The notes beneath the pieces were generated by a model, which saw only the letters and a list, made by a program, of their open reading frames with translations, did no database searches and was not told the DNA's origin. From Parcubacteria group bacterium (GTDB taxonomy: Bacteria; Patescibacteriota; Microgenomatia; UBA1400; PJMF01): a stretch of DNA of 64,000 nucleotides. A program made the translations under genes and the position numbers. The stretch lies in contig CALQZX010000002.1 of assembly GCA_943350175.1 (NCBI GenBank), forward strand, positions 66,061 to 130,060, in the 5' to 3' direction. Positions 1 to 9,137 of this stretch are shown one piece after another (the first letter of the stretch is position 1; each line of letters opens with the position of its first letter).

Positions 1-808
1 TTAGATTTTTTTCTAAATAATTGGCTGTTTCGCTAATCATCATTGGCTGGCAGATTCTGCCGCGATGTGGTTCTGGAGCCAGGTAAGGAGCATCGGTTTC
101 TAGGAGAATTTTTTTGGAATCAGCTTTTTGCACCATAGCAAAGATTTCTCTAATGGAATCAGATTTTTTGAAAGTAATATTGCCATCAAAACCAAAATAG
201 CTTTTTTTAAGAGCGAGGGCTTTTTCAATGTAAGCTATTGGTCCAGAAACACAGTGAAAAATTAAAGCATTTTCAAATTGCCAATGTTTTTCAATCAAAT
301 CTAAGGTTTCAAGGTAGGCTCCATCATCATGATCTCGAACGTGGAGAATGAGTGGGAGATTTAGTTTATTTGCTAGCTTGATTTGACCTATGAATAATTC
401 TTTTTGTCTTAATTTGATTATTTCAATTTCATTTCCTTCATCAGCTTTTAGATAAAAGTAATCAAGACCTGTTTCACCGATGGCAACGACTTTTTTATTT
501 GTCGCCATTTTTTCTAGTTCCTGTATTGCCTGATCAATGTCGATGATTTTATTGGCTCTTTCTGGATGAATGCCAACGCTAGCGAAGAGATTTTCGTCTG
601 TGGCAGCAATTTCGATGGCTTTTTGACTACTTTTGAGACCTGGTCCAACGATGATGCTTTTAGCAACGCCATTTTGTTGAGCATTTTGCCAGTGATCTTG
701 CCATTTCATTTGCAAGACTTCGTCGCCCTCCTTAATATTAAAGCAAAAAGGATCGCCACTATATAAAGGCTCTAGATTGTAATGACAGTGAGTATCGATG
801 ATTGGCAT
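1..808 (-). CDS. tatD: TatD-family metal-dependent DNase/hydrolase (3' end runs off the window start)
   Basis: Minus-strand ORF with ATG at 808-806. Translation begins MPIIDTHCHYNLEP, the TatD-type H-x-H metal site at the N-terminus. The frame is still open at position 1. The metG-tatD pairing is widely conserved. Confidence 0.8.
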   Translation of the reverse strand, partial: MPIIDTHCHYNLEPLYSGDPFCFNIKEGDEVLQMKWQDHWQNAQQNGVAKSIIVGPGLKSSQKAIEIAATDENLFASVGIHPERANKIIDIDQAIQELEKMATNKKVVAIGETGLDYFYLKADEGNEIEIIKLRQKELFIGQIKLANKLNLPLILHVRDHDDGAYLETLDLIEKHWQFENALIFHCVSGPIAYIEKALALKKSYFGFDGNITFKKSDSIREIFAMVQKADSKKILLETDAPYLAPEPHRGRICQPMMISETANYLEKNL

Positions 809-814
809 ATTCTT

Positions 815-2233
815 TTAGACTAGACGAGGGAAAAGGCCTGTTTCAAATGATTTTACTTGACCCTCAAAATGCTCTTGAATTTTTAAAGCTGTCTCAGGCA
901 TAAAAGGACTAAACAATTTGGCGATTTGGCTAATTTTTTGACAGGCAATGCTTAAAATTTGTTTTTTCTCTTCGCCTTCTTTTTTCCATGGAGTGTTGGT
1001 GGCGAGATATTTGTCTAAGTTGCTAACTTCACTATCGATATAAGCTAGAGTTTCATTCAGATCAAAATTATCCATTAGCTTTCTATATTCATCTGAAATT
1101 TCCGCTTCACCACTTTCATTTGCCAGGCCAATTTGCTCAGCCATTTTGGCTACTCTGGAGCAGAGATTGCCAATACCATTGGCCAAATTAGCGTTGTAGC
1201 TGATATCTAGTTTTTCAAAAGTAACGTCGCTGTCTTCCCCAAAAGTACCAAGGTTGACGAGTAGATAGCGGGTTGGATCAACGCCGTAGCGAGCCACCAT
1301 TTCTACAGGTGAGATGACATTGCCAAGAGATTTGCTCATTTTCTGACCGTTTACGCCGATGAAGCCGTTAATAAGGATGCGAGCGGAATTTGGCAAATTA
1401 GCTGAAAGCAACATGGCTTGCCACATAGCTGATTGTTGGCGCAAATTGTCTTTGCCGGCCAACTGAATGCCTGGCCAAAAACTGCCAAACTTCTCTGAAT
1501 TTTGTGGCCAGTCTAGCGTGGAAATATAATTAACTAGAGCATCAAACCAAACATACATCACGTGCTTGTCGTCTCCTGGAACATCAATTCCCCAAGGCAT
1601 TTTGGCTTTAAGTCTAGAGATACTGAAATCTTCCAAGCCATTTTTGACAAAAGATTTGATTTCATTTAAGCGACTGGCTGGTTTGACAAAATTTGGATTT
1701 TTCTCATAAAGTTCTAGAAGTTTTGGAGCATATTTGCTGAAGCGAAAGAAATAGTTCTCTTCTTCACGTAGTTCTAAATCTTGTTTTGGATGGAGTGGGC
1801 AACGATTCTCGACTAATTCGCTATCGGTTTTGGCTAATTCACAGCCGACACAATATTTAACGCTGTATTTGGCTTTATAAATATCGCCATTTTTTTCACA
1901 AAGACGCCAAAATTCTTGAGCGGCTGCAATGTGTTTTTCATCAGTGGTGCGAATAAAATGATTGAAGTTGAGGTTGAGTAGTTTTTTTAATTCCTCAAAT
2001 TTGCTGGCCCATTGATCGCAATATTCTTTGGCTGGCATTTTTTGTTCAACAGCTTTTTCCCAGATTTTCTGACCGTGTTCGTCAGTGCCTGTATTAAAGA
2101 TTACTTCGTTGCCGAGGATTTTCTCTTGATAGCGAGCAATCACGTCGGCCTCAATGATTTCCAAGGCAAAGCCAATGTGGGGAGCAGCATTAACGTAAGG
2201 CAGAGTGGTGGTGATATAAAATTTATTTTTCAT
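815..2233 (-). CDS. metG: methionyl-tRNA synthetase (short form)
   Basis: 472 aa. Class I HIGH motif (PHIGFA), KMSKS motif (KMSKSLGN) and a Cys zinc-knuckle (CVGCE...CPLH) typical of MetRS. Confidence 0.85.
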   Translation of the reverse strand: MKNKFYITTTLPYVNAAPHIGFALEIIEADVIARYQEKILGNEVIFNTGTDEHGQKIWEKAVEQKMPAKEYCDQWASKFEELKKLLNLNFNHFIRTTDEKHIAAAQEFWRLCEKNGDIYKAKYSVKYCVGCELAKTDSELVENRCPLHPKQDLELREEENYFFRFSKYAPKLLELYEKNPNFVKPASRLNEIKSFVKNGLEDFSISRLKAKMPWGIDVPGDDKHVMYVWFDALVNYISTLDWPQNSEKFGSFWPGIQLAGKDNLRQQSAMWQAMLLSANLPNSARILINGFIGVNGQKMSKSLGNVISPVEMVARYGVDPTRYLLVNLGTFGEDSDVTFEKLDISYNANLANGIGNLCSRVAKMAEQIGLANESGEAEISDEYRKLMDNFDLNETLAYIDSEVSNLDKYLATNTPWKKEGEEKKQILSIACQKISQIAKLFSPFMPETALKIQEHFEGQVKSFETGLFPRLV

Positions 2234-2652
2234 CGAGGCTTATTATAAGAAAGTCGAGGCGGAAAAGCCAGCAGAGTTAATATTAAGCCAAGGAGAGCGA
2301 TTGCTAAAATAGCTGCAAAGTTAAAATAAATGTGACTAATTTTGAAATAGAGAATTAGATTGATGATAAAGGCAAAAATAAAGCCAATTTTTTTGTTTAA
2401 AAAGAAAAAAGTAAATAGAAAAAAATTAGCGATAAAAAGTAGTGAGAATAAAGGTAAAAAGCTATTTTTAAATATAAAATTTTGAATTTGGTTTGGATAA
2501 ACTTTAGACAGCAACAAATAAAGTAAAAAATAACAAAAAATAGCTATAAATAGGCAAAAAATGTAATGCCAGTATTTTTTTAAGAAACTCAAATCGACAG
2601 TTTTTTTAATCTCTTTTAGTTTGCGCCTAGATCGGGCTTGGTTCTCTACCAT
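2230..2652 (-). CDS. hypothetical polytopic membrane protein
   Basis: 140 aa, very hydrophobic, 4-nt overlap with the metG start (translational coupling), AAAAGG Shine-Dalgarno upstream. Confidence 0.5.
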   Translation of the reverse strand: MVENQARSRRKLKEIKKTVDLSFLKKYWHYIFCLFIAIFCYFLLYLLLSKVYPNQIQNFIFKNSFLPLFSLLFIANFFLFTFFFLNKKIGFIFAFIINLILYFKISHIYFNFAAILAIALLGLILTLLAFPPRLSYNKPR

Positions 2653-2674
2653 CCTTTTAGTATACTAAAATCCT

Positions 2675-3811
2675 ATGACCAGTACGACCTTTATTTTATT
2701 TTTCCTTCTTATTGCCGCTTTGGTGGTTTTTTATCTTTCGATCAAAAAACTTTTGCAAGAAAAAAACTCTGATCAATCTAGCGAGCAGTTAGAAGACATG
2801 GTTCACAAAGTTTTTGGTATGGCTTCCAATGAAATTGCCATTCAAAGCAAAGGCATTTTGCAAGGTGAAAAGGACCTGATTAGAAATGATCTTTCCAACA
2901 AACAAGTGATGATTGAAAAAATGATTAAGGATTTGCGCCAGGAAATGGGTGAGCAACAAAAAGAAATTCGCTCGATTGAAAAGGATCAAATTGACAAAAT
3001 TAGTAAAGTTGGCGCTGCGGTGGAAGAACATCGCTTACTGACTAAAGAATTAAAGACTTCTACTGAGGCTTTGGCCAAAGTTTTGTCCAACAATCAAACT
3101 CGTGGAGCTTGGGGAGAGCGCATTATTGAAGATTTGCTACAAGCCAATGGCCTGCAAGAGGGCATTCATTATCTTCGCCAGGCCAAACTCGGTGAGTCAG
3201 TGATGAAGCCAGATATTACCTTGCTTTTGCCAGATCATCGCAATGTGCCGGTGGATGTGAAATTTCCTTATCAAGAGATCCAAAAAATGTCGATGACCGA
3301 GAATCAGGCTGAGAAGCAAACTCACATTGCTCAGTTTAAGAGGGATTTAAAAATCAAAGTGGATAAAGTTGCAGAATATATTTCTCCAGAAAATGACACT
3401 CTGGATTACGCCATTATGTTTGTGCCAAATGAAGCTTTGTTCTCATTCATCAATCAAAAGTTCCCAGATATTATCGATGAGGCTTTGGCGAAAAAAGTCA
3501 TTATCTGTTCGCCTTTTAGTTTCTTGATTGTGGCTCGCACTGTTATGGAAAGTTACCGTAATTTTATGGTGGGCAAAAAAATCAAAGAAGTCATCAAACA
3601 CATCGACGCTTTTGCCGGTGAATGGCTGAAATTTGACGAAGAATTTTTAAAATTTGGTCGCAGTATTGAAACCTTACAAAAGAACTATGAAACGCTCTCC
3701 ATTACTCGTAAGCGCCAGATGGAAAAGAAGATTGCCAAAATTGAACAATATCGCGGTAGCTCTGTGGAGTTATTGGAAGATGGGGAGAAGCCGAAGTTGT
3801 TAGAAGGGTAG
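2675..3811 (+). CDS. rmuC: DNA recombination protein RmuC
   Basis: 378 aa. N-terminal TM helix, long coiled-coil, C-terminal RmuC-type domain (MFVPNEALFSF...). Confidence 0.7.
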   Translation: MTSTTFILFFLLIAALVVFYLSIKKLLQEKNSDQSSEQLEDMVHKVFGMASNEIAIQSKGILQGEKDLIRNDLSNKQVMIEKMIKDLRQEMGEQQKEIRSIEKDQIDKISKVGAAVEEHRLLTKELKTSTEALAKVLSNNQTRGAWGERIIEDLLQANGLQEGIHYLRQAKLGESVMKPDITLLLPDHRNVPVDVKFPYQEIQKMSMTENQAEKQTHIAQFKRDLKIKVDKVAEYISPENDTLDYAIMFVPNEALFSFINQKFPDIIDEALAKKVIICSPFSFLIVARTVMESYRNFMVGKKIKEVIKHIDAFAGEWLKFDEEFLKFGRSIETLQKNYETLSITRKRQMEKKIAKIEQYRGSSVELLEDGEKPKLLEG

Positions 3812-3877
3812 GTTTTTGCTGAAATAGCTAAAAATAGCACTTCCTGTAATTTAGAGTTGAGATAATATCTGGGTGAT

Positions 3878-3944
3878 GGGCCAGGTGCCGGGCATGACTG
3901 GATCCACGAAATCTGGTTGGGGAGTTCAACTCTCCTCTGGTCCA
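3878..3944 (+). other. tRNA-like element: 7-bp acceptor stem (GGGCCAG/CTGGTCC), anticodon-arm-like hairpin with loop CCACGAA, canonical T-arm (GGGAG-TTCAACT-CTCCT); D-arm too short for a normal tRNA
   Basis: Folded by hand. T-loop TTCAACT fits the TTCRANY consensus. The anticodon-loop analogue resembles tRNA-Arg(ACG) but has C33. Only 14 nt are available for the D-arm region, so this is not a canonical tRNA. It sits in a 390-nt non-coding gap. Confidence 0.2.
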
Positions 3945-4102
3945 CACTCATTCTAATTTTCAAATTGCATTTGAAAAAAGTGAATAAATTTGGTATAAAT
4001 GTACTATTCGTGGATCCGGTTAAAACCGACAGATCAGTCGAAAAATCACTCTTTAAAATGGGTGATTTTTTGTTTTTAAATTACCATAAATGTCATGAAG
4101 TA

Positions 4103-4127
4103 TTAAAAAACACCCAAGCAGGGTGTC
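4103..4127 (-). terminator. intrinsic terminator downstream of the hydrolase gene (minus strand)
   Basis: Perfect 6-bp stem ACACCC/GGGTGT with 5-nt loop, followed on the minus strand by TTTTTTAATA. Confidence 0.55.
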
Positions 4128-4202
4128 CTTTAGTGTACTTGTTTCCGAGACTTAGGAGATTTTACCTTGGTCGGTTCTAGGGCAAGCCCCACAAGCACAT
4201 GA

Positions 4203-5333
4203 TTATTTTAACATATTTTTCGCAAAAAAGCTCAAATCTTTTTGGATCGCTTCGTCCCAATTTGGTTGAAGATTATGATTGGCTCCAGGGTATTTGTAGA
4301 AATCTATTTTGATTTCGTTCTTTTCAGCTGACTGCGTGGCCAATTCGCTACTGGCAGTGGCTCGACTTTCATTTTCTAGATCAACTTTAGCTAGAAATTC
4401 TTCTGTCCAAGAAACCAGGGCTGAGTCATCATTGGTGCCGTGTTGGATTTGGATAGGGCCATTGAGGCGATCCAAATGTTTGGTCAGAGAAAAGTCAAAG
4501 ACGTCGTAGTCTGCTTCAAATTGAGAAAGATATTTGCGAGCTTCTTTGCCTTCATCATCATTTTCATCGGTAAAATACATGATTGAATATGGGAAGGGCG
4601 CCAGAACTGGCGCCCAGAGAGTCGTGGGTAGATTGCTGCCTAAGACTTCTAGAGTGGAGACGGCAATCTGCCCACCATTACTATGTGCCCAAATGCCGAT
4701 TTTTTCTGTATCTAGGATGATTTGTTTGATTGGTAATTCTTCAATATTGCTAAGATCAATTTCTGGAAAAGTTTCAATGATTCTCAGTAGATCAATGACA
4801 TTGGCTACTTTTATAAAGCGGGCTTCCCAAGTATTGCTTGGTTCTATGTCACTATTGCCGTAACCTAAAAAGTCAGGAGCCAAGGTGGCGTAGCCGTTTT
4901 CTGCCAAAACAGCTGCAGCGTTTTTCGTGCCAGCTCCAGAGAAATAGCCCTCTAGTGGAACAAAGCCCCTGATCATCAAAATAACTGGCTTGATCAGACT
5001 TGTTTGATCAAGTTTTAAATTGAGAGCTCCAGAAATATTTTTGCCTTGACTTTCATAACTAAAAAGCAAGATATAGGTCTTTTTTTCTGGATTATTCGAA
5101 ATTATTTTTTCAATTTTAATTGGTTTTTTGGCTTCAAAATTTTTCTGAGCCAAATTTTCAATGGAATATTGCAGCAAAGGCAATTCTTTTACTTTGCTTT
5201 CTTGACTGATTCTTGGACTGAGCAGACCAGATTTAAAGATGCCTTCTTGGTTTAAGTAAAAATATGCAGCTAGAAAAGAAATACTACTGACTAGACTCAA
5301 GAGTAAAACGGCGAGTAAAATTTTTTTGAACAT
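4203..5333 (-). CDS. secreted alpha/beta-hydrolase (esterase/peptidase S9-like)
   Basis: 376 aa. N-terminal signal/anchor, nucleophile elbow GxSxG as WAHSNGG, downstream Asp/His candidates. Confidence 0.65.
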   Translation of the reverse strand: MFKKILLAVLLLSLVSSISFLAAYFYLNQEGIFKSGLLSPRISQESKVKELPLLQYSIENLAQKNFEAKKPIKIEKIISNNPEKKTYILLFSYESQGKNISGALNLKLDQTSLIKPVILMIRGFVPLEGYFSGAGTKNAAAVLAENGYATLAPDFLGYGNSDIEPSNTWEARFIKVANVIDLLRIIETFPEIDLSNIEELPIKQIILDTEKIGIWAHSNGGQIAVSTLEVLGSNLPTTLWAPVLAPFPYSIMYFTDENDDEGKEARKYLSQFEADYDVFDFSLTKHLDRLNGPIQIQHGTNDDSALVSWTEEFLAKVDLENESRATASSELATQSAEKNEIKIDFYKYPGANHNLQPNWDEAIQKDLSFFAKNMLK

Positions 5334-5395
5334 TACTCGCCATTATAGCAAGATCCTTTTAAAGATTTTATTTTTAATTTAAAGGAGTGTCGTCT

Positions 5396-5611
5396 ATGTA
5401 TCTATCTCTGCCACCAAATTCTTCTTGTTCTTCATCATCATTTTCAGCAGCAACTCCGGCTTTAACTAATAAATCCGCAGTCATTGATAATGGAGTTCCA
5501 TCGTCTAGTCGATCTCTTCCTTCAAAAACTAAGAATTTTACTTCTATCATTTTTCCCTTTCAAACTAAAAACCCCGCTCTTTTGAAGCGGGGTTTAGTTT
5601 TTTATAATTAA
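5396..5611 (+). CDS. candidate small Ser/Pro-rich protein (71 aa)
   Basis: ATG at 5396 preceded by AAAGGAG with 8-nt spacing. The ORF ends inside a strong hairpin plus T-tract terminator. Third codon positions are A/T-biased like bona fide genes. Low-complexity sequence and an alternative 51-aa ORF on the opposite strand (5394-5549) make the call uncertain. Confidence 0.25.
   Translation: MYLSLPPNSSCSSSSFSAATPALTNKSAVIDNGVPSSSRSLPSKTKNFTSIIFPFQTKNPALLKRGLVFYN
5572..5603. terminator. bidirectional intrinsic terminator
   Basis: CCCCGCTC-TTTT-GA(A)GCGGGG hairpin flanked by an A-run upstream and TTTAGTTTTTT downstream. Confidence 0.55.
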
Positions 5612-5860
5612 TTTATATTTTATGCCACTAAACAATCCCGCTCATTTTTGCGCAAAATAACCCAAATAAACTTGGAGTGGGTGGAATTAGCTTGTAACAT
5701 TGTCGATGATTTTAAATAATTTTTAGTAATTTTGCAAGCCCTGTTTTTTTTATTTGACTTATGAAGTAAAATACATCTTTCTTAAAGAGAGAGTAAGTGG
5801 TTTTTTGGGTTTTTAGTCAATTTAATTGTTTAATTTCGACAATTAAATTAGAAAAATAAT

Positions 5861-6685
5861 GTGAAAAATGAATTCATAGATACTTTTAAACAAGATTTTA
5901 TTGCTTCACCATCTAATAGTGAAGCAGATAATGCCTTGGTAAGTAGTTTTATAGCAGAGATCGATTTAAAAAATGAAAGTCCATCAATCAGTTCCATGAC
6001 CAAGTGCTTGCTTGGATGGCAAACTAAAAAACTCACTAGACATTTAATAGATAAGAGTGGCGATAAACGTGAGGATGTAATTTCTGCACGCTGGTCGCCC
6101 GGATTTTACAGAATAGCCACAGGTTTAGAATGTATAGAAAAAAAATTGCGAGGAGCAAAAATTCTGGATACTTTTGCAGGGTCTGGATCCATGATGTTCT
6201 CTTTATTAGCTTTAAACATTCCAGAAAGTGTTTTTTTAAATGATTTAAGTTATAAAGGTGGGCAGCCTATTTTTACGGACACAGATTCTTCTAGAGGATA
6301 TTTCTATAATCCACAACAAAATTTAGAAGAATACAGGCTACTCTTTGAGAGATATCAAAAATTTATTCCTAGTCCAAATTTTAATTTAGTCACTGGATAC
6401 GCTTGCGAAGATGCTGGCGGCAGACTGTCTCATGACACTGGTTCATTTGATTTAATATTTACAGATCCACCGTATAATAAAAACTTGAGTCATAGCGGAA
6501 TGGAGGGTTTGATTGCTAGCTTGCCAGAACTATTGAGGATTTCTAGAGAAGGAGCGATTTTAATGATTCCAGAGTCTTGGTTATCAGATCTTGAAAAGCT
6601 AGGATCATATAAAGTTGAAAATTTATCTGGAGGACTAGTTCATAAAAAAACAACTTTCAGAACTATCCTCATTCATGTTCACTAA
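5861..6685 (+). CDS. SAM-dependent amino-methyltransferase (DPPY motif; N6-adenine/N2-guanine MTase superfamily)
   Basis: 274 aa, GTG start. Motif I ILDTFAGSGS and motif IV FTDPPYN. No obvious target-recognition domain after motif IV. Confidence 0.6.
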   Translation: MKNEFIDTFKQDFIASPSNSEADNALVSSFIAEIDLKNESPSISSMTKCLLGWQTKKLTRHLIDKSGDKREDVISARWSPGFYRIATGLECIEKKLRGAKILDTFAGSGSMMFSLLALNIPESVFLNDLSYKGGQPIFTDTDSSRGYFYNPQQNLEEYRLLFERYQKFIPSPNFNLVTGYACEDAGGRLSHDTGSFDLIFTDPPYNKNLSHSGMEGLIASLPELLRISREGAILMIPESWLSDLEKLGSYKVENLSGGLVHKKTTFRTILIHVH

Positions 6686-6793
6686 ATAATTGATGAAATC
6701 TCATCTAACCTCTTAATTTAACTCTTTTTTCTTACCTCGGTTCACCACTATCGTTATCAGAAAAAGACTAAAATATGTTAAAATCTACATGCT

Positions 6794-8191
6794 ATGCAAA
6801 GAACTCTCGTCCTCGAATCCCTTCAAAAAATTGGTCAAACAGTCACCTTATGTGGTTGGGTTGATAGTAAACGCGATCACGGTAAAGTTACCTTCATCGA
6901 TCTTCGTGATAGAACTGGCAAGATCCAGGCTGTTGGCATTGGTGGCAAACTTAGTGAGTTGACCACCGAGTCAGTCATTGAAGTCACAGGTCCTATCAAC
7001 GCTCGAGGAGAAAAATCCATCAATCCCAATTTACCAACCGGTACCATTGAAATTTTCGTTGAAGACTACAAAATTCTCAACAAAGCCGCCGAATTGCCAA
7101 TCTTGGTCGAAGGTGATGGCTTGGACGTCAATGAAGAAATGCGTCTTAAATATCGTTATCTAGATTTGCGTCGTGAGCGTATGCAAAAGATTGTGCGTTT
7201 GCGCTCTAAGTTCTATCAGGCTTTGCGTGAGCAATTAGAGAAAAAAGATTTTACTGAAGTTGAAACTCCAATGTTGACCAAGTCAACCAAGGAAGGCGCT
7301 CGTGATTTCATTGTTCCTTCACGTTTCAATCCTGGTAAATTTTATGCGCTGCCACAAAGTCCACAACAATATAAGCAGCTATTAATGACTGCCGGTGTTG
7401 AAAACTACTATCAATTTGCGCGTTGTATTCGTGATGAAGATTTGCGCGCTGATCGTGGTTTTGAATTTACTCAGCTTGATCTTGAAATGAGTTTTGTCAC
7501 ACAGGAAGAATTAATGGCTCATGTGGAAGAAATTGTCAAAAATGCCGTTAAGAAAGTCGGTGGCAAATTGCAACAAGAAACTTTTCCAGCCATTCCTTAC
7601 AAGGAGGCAGTTGCCAAATATGGCGCTGATAAATTTGACATGCGCTCTGAAGAAGAGAAAAAAGACGGTACTCTGGCTTTTGCTTGGGTAGTCAGCTTTC
7701 CATTCTTCAAAAAAGTGGACAAAAAAGACATCGCTGAAGTGCGTGATGGCAAAAGTGGTTGGACTTTTACTCACAATCCATTTTCTGGCCCAGTGCCAGA
7801 ATCGATGGAAGACCATAAAAATGGCCAAAACATTGAAAATATCGTCACTGCTCAATATGACTTAGTTTGCAACGGCTATGAAGCCGGTGGTGGCAGCATT
7901 AGAGCTCATCAGCCTGAGGTTTTGGAACAAACTTTCAAGATCATGGGTTACTCACACGAAGAAATTCAAGCTAGTGTTGGTCACATGTTAGAAGCTTTCA
8001 AACTAGGCACACCTCCTCATGGTGGTATTGCTCTTGGTTTAGATCGCTTAGTGATGCTTTTGGCTGGCGAAACTTCTATCAAAGAAACTATCGCTTTCCC
8101 AATGTCCTCATCTGGCAAAACTGCCATTATGGATGCGCCAAGTGAAGTGACAGCTGAGCAGCTTAAAGAACTAGGCATCAAAGTCGCCTAG
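6794..8191 (+). CDS. aspS: aspartyl-tRNA synthetase (compact, likely non-discriminating type)
   Basis: 465 aa. N-terminal OB-fold anticodon-binding domain and class II motifs (FRNEG-like region, ...QLDLEMSF, GLDRLVMLL). Confidence 0.85.
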   Translation: MQRTLVLESLQKIGQTVTLCGWVDSKRDHGKVTFIDLRDRTGKIQAVGIGGKLSELTTESVIEVTGPINARGEKSINPNLPTGTIEIFVEDYKILNKAAELPILVEGDGLDVNEEMRLKYRYLDLRRERMQKIVRLRSKFYQALREQLEKKDFTEVETPMLTKSTKEGARDFIVPSRFNPGKFYALPQSPQQYKQLLMTAGVENYYQFARCIRDEDLRADRGFEFTQLDLEMSFVTQEELMAHVEEIVKNAVKKVGGKLQQETFPAIPYKEAVAKYGADKFDMRSEEEKKDGTLAFAWVVSFPFFKKVDKKDIAEVRDGKSGWTFTHNPFSGPVPESMEDHKNGQNIENIVTAQYDLVCNGYEAGGGSIRAHQPEVLEQTFKIMGYSHEEIQASVGHMLEAFKLGTPPHGGIALGLDRLVMLLAGETSIKETIAFPMSSSGKTAIMDAPSEVTAEQLKELGIKVA

Positions 8192-8237
8192 GCAATTTGC
8201 TTAATTCTTGCTGAGCAAAATTTGCTAAAATGAATCG

Positions 8238-9137
8238 GTGAGAAAAACTTCTCTTATTCTATTGTTACTTTTGTTGATTTCATTTTCTGGCTCTGTTTAC
8301 TTGTGGTTTTTTTATCCACAAAAAACGCAGCAAGAATTTGAAGTCAATCTTTTCCCCATGGAAAATATTCCAGTTTTCAAGAATAGCGCTTTGGCGTATG
8401 AAGATCTAAATCTGAGCAGTGTGGCAGCTTATGCCATCGATCTCTCTTCAATGACAGTGCTTTATGAAAAAGATAGCCAAAAATCTCTTTATCCAGCTTC
8501 AACCAGCAAAATGATGACGGCCTTAGTGGCCCTAGATACGTTTAAATTAGATCAAGAATTGCGTGTTGCTAAAGAAGCCACTGTCTCTGGCAATAAATTA
8601 AATTTGAAAGAAGGCCAATTAATCACAGTTAAGGATTTGCTGGCAGCAATGTTAATTTTTTCAGCCAATGATAGCGCTTACGTTTTGGCAAATAATAATC
8701 AGGGTGGTTTTGCTGCATTTATGCAAAAAATGAATGATAAAGCCACAAGTCTTGGTTTGACTCAAACTCATTTCGTCAATCCAGCTGGACTCGATGAAGA
8801 AGGTCAGCAAAGTACGGCCAGAGATTTAACTATTATTGCTTCGGAATTGCTAAAGAATGATCAAGTTAAGCAATTAGTGGCAATGCCTTATAAAAAAATA
8901 GAAGGTCAAGGCTGGGCTTATGATTTATATAACAGCAATCAATTGTTGGGTCAGATTCAGGGAGTGGTTGGAGTCAAAACTGGTACCACAGAGTTAGCAG
9001 GAGAGGTTTTGGTGACCCTAGTTGAACGAGATGGACATCAAATTCTACTGACTTTGATGAACAGTAAAGATCGCTATCTTGATACTAGTAAGCTAATTGC
9101 TTGGATACTTAATAATTACGAGTGGAAAAACCTCTAG
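8238..9137 (+). CDS. D-alanyl-D-alanine carboxypeptidase (peptidase S11, PBP5-like)
   Basis: 299 aa with signal anchor. Active-site motifs SxxK (STSK), SxN (SAND) and KTG (KTGTT). Confidence 0.75.
   Translation: MRKTSLILLLLLLISFSGSVYLWFFYPQKTQQEFEVNLFPMENIPVFKNSALAYEDLNLSSVAAYAIDLSSMTVLYEKDSQKSLYPASTSKMMTALVALDTFKLDQELRVAKEATVSGNKLNLKEGQLITVKDLLAAMLIFSANDSAYVLANNNQGGFAAFMQKMNDKATSLGLTQTHFVNPAGLDEEGQQSTARDLTIIASELLKNDQVKQLVAMPYKKIEGQGWAYDLYNSNQLLGQIQGVVGVKTGTTELAGEVLVTLVERDGHQILLTLMNSKDRYLDTSKLIAWILNNYEWKNL

Noticed and set aside
3685-4180. ORFs 3685..3963 (-) and 3917..4180 (+)
   Set aside because: They lie over the tRNA-like element, long-range complements and a terminator. Low-complexity translations, no ribosome-binding sites.
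3812-4202. tmRNA (ssrA), RNase P RNA or SRP RNA occupying the 390-nt gap
   Set aside because: No 5' GGGG…TTCGAC tRNA-like start, no in-frame tag peptide ending in a stop, and no RNase P P4 (AGGAAAGTCCGGGCT / ACAGAACCCGGCTTA-like) or SRP domain IV (GGAA…AGCAG) signatures on either strand. Only the local tRNA-like 3' element is supportable.
5394-5549. Minus-strand 51-aa acidic ORF as the real gene in the 5334-5860 gap
   Set aside because: Weaker Shine-Dalgarno than the overlapping plus-strand ORF, and the terminator lies upstream of it rather than downstream. Kept only as an alternative; strand unresolved.
5861-6685. Restriction-modification system
   Set aside because: No restriction endonuclease, specificity subunit or target-recognition domain is associated with the DPPY methyltransferase.
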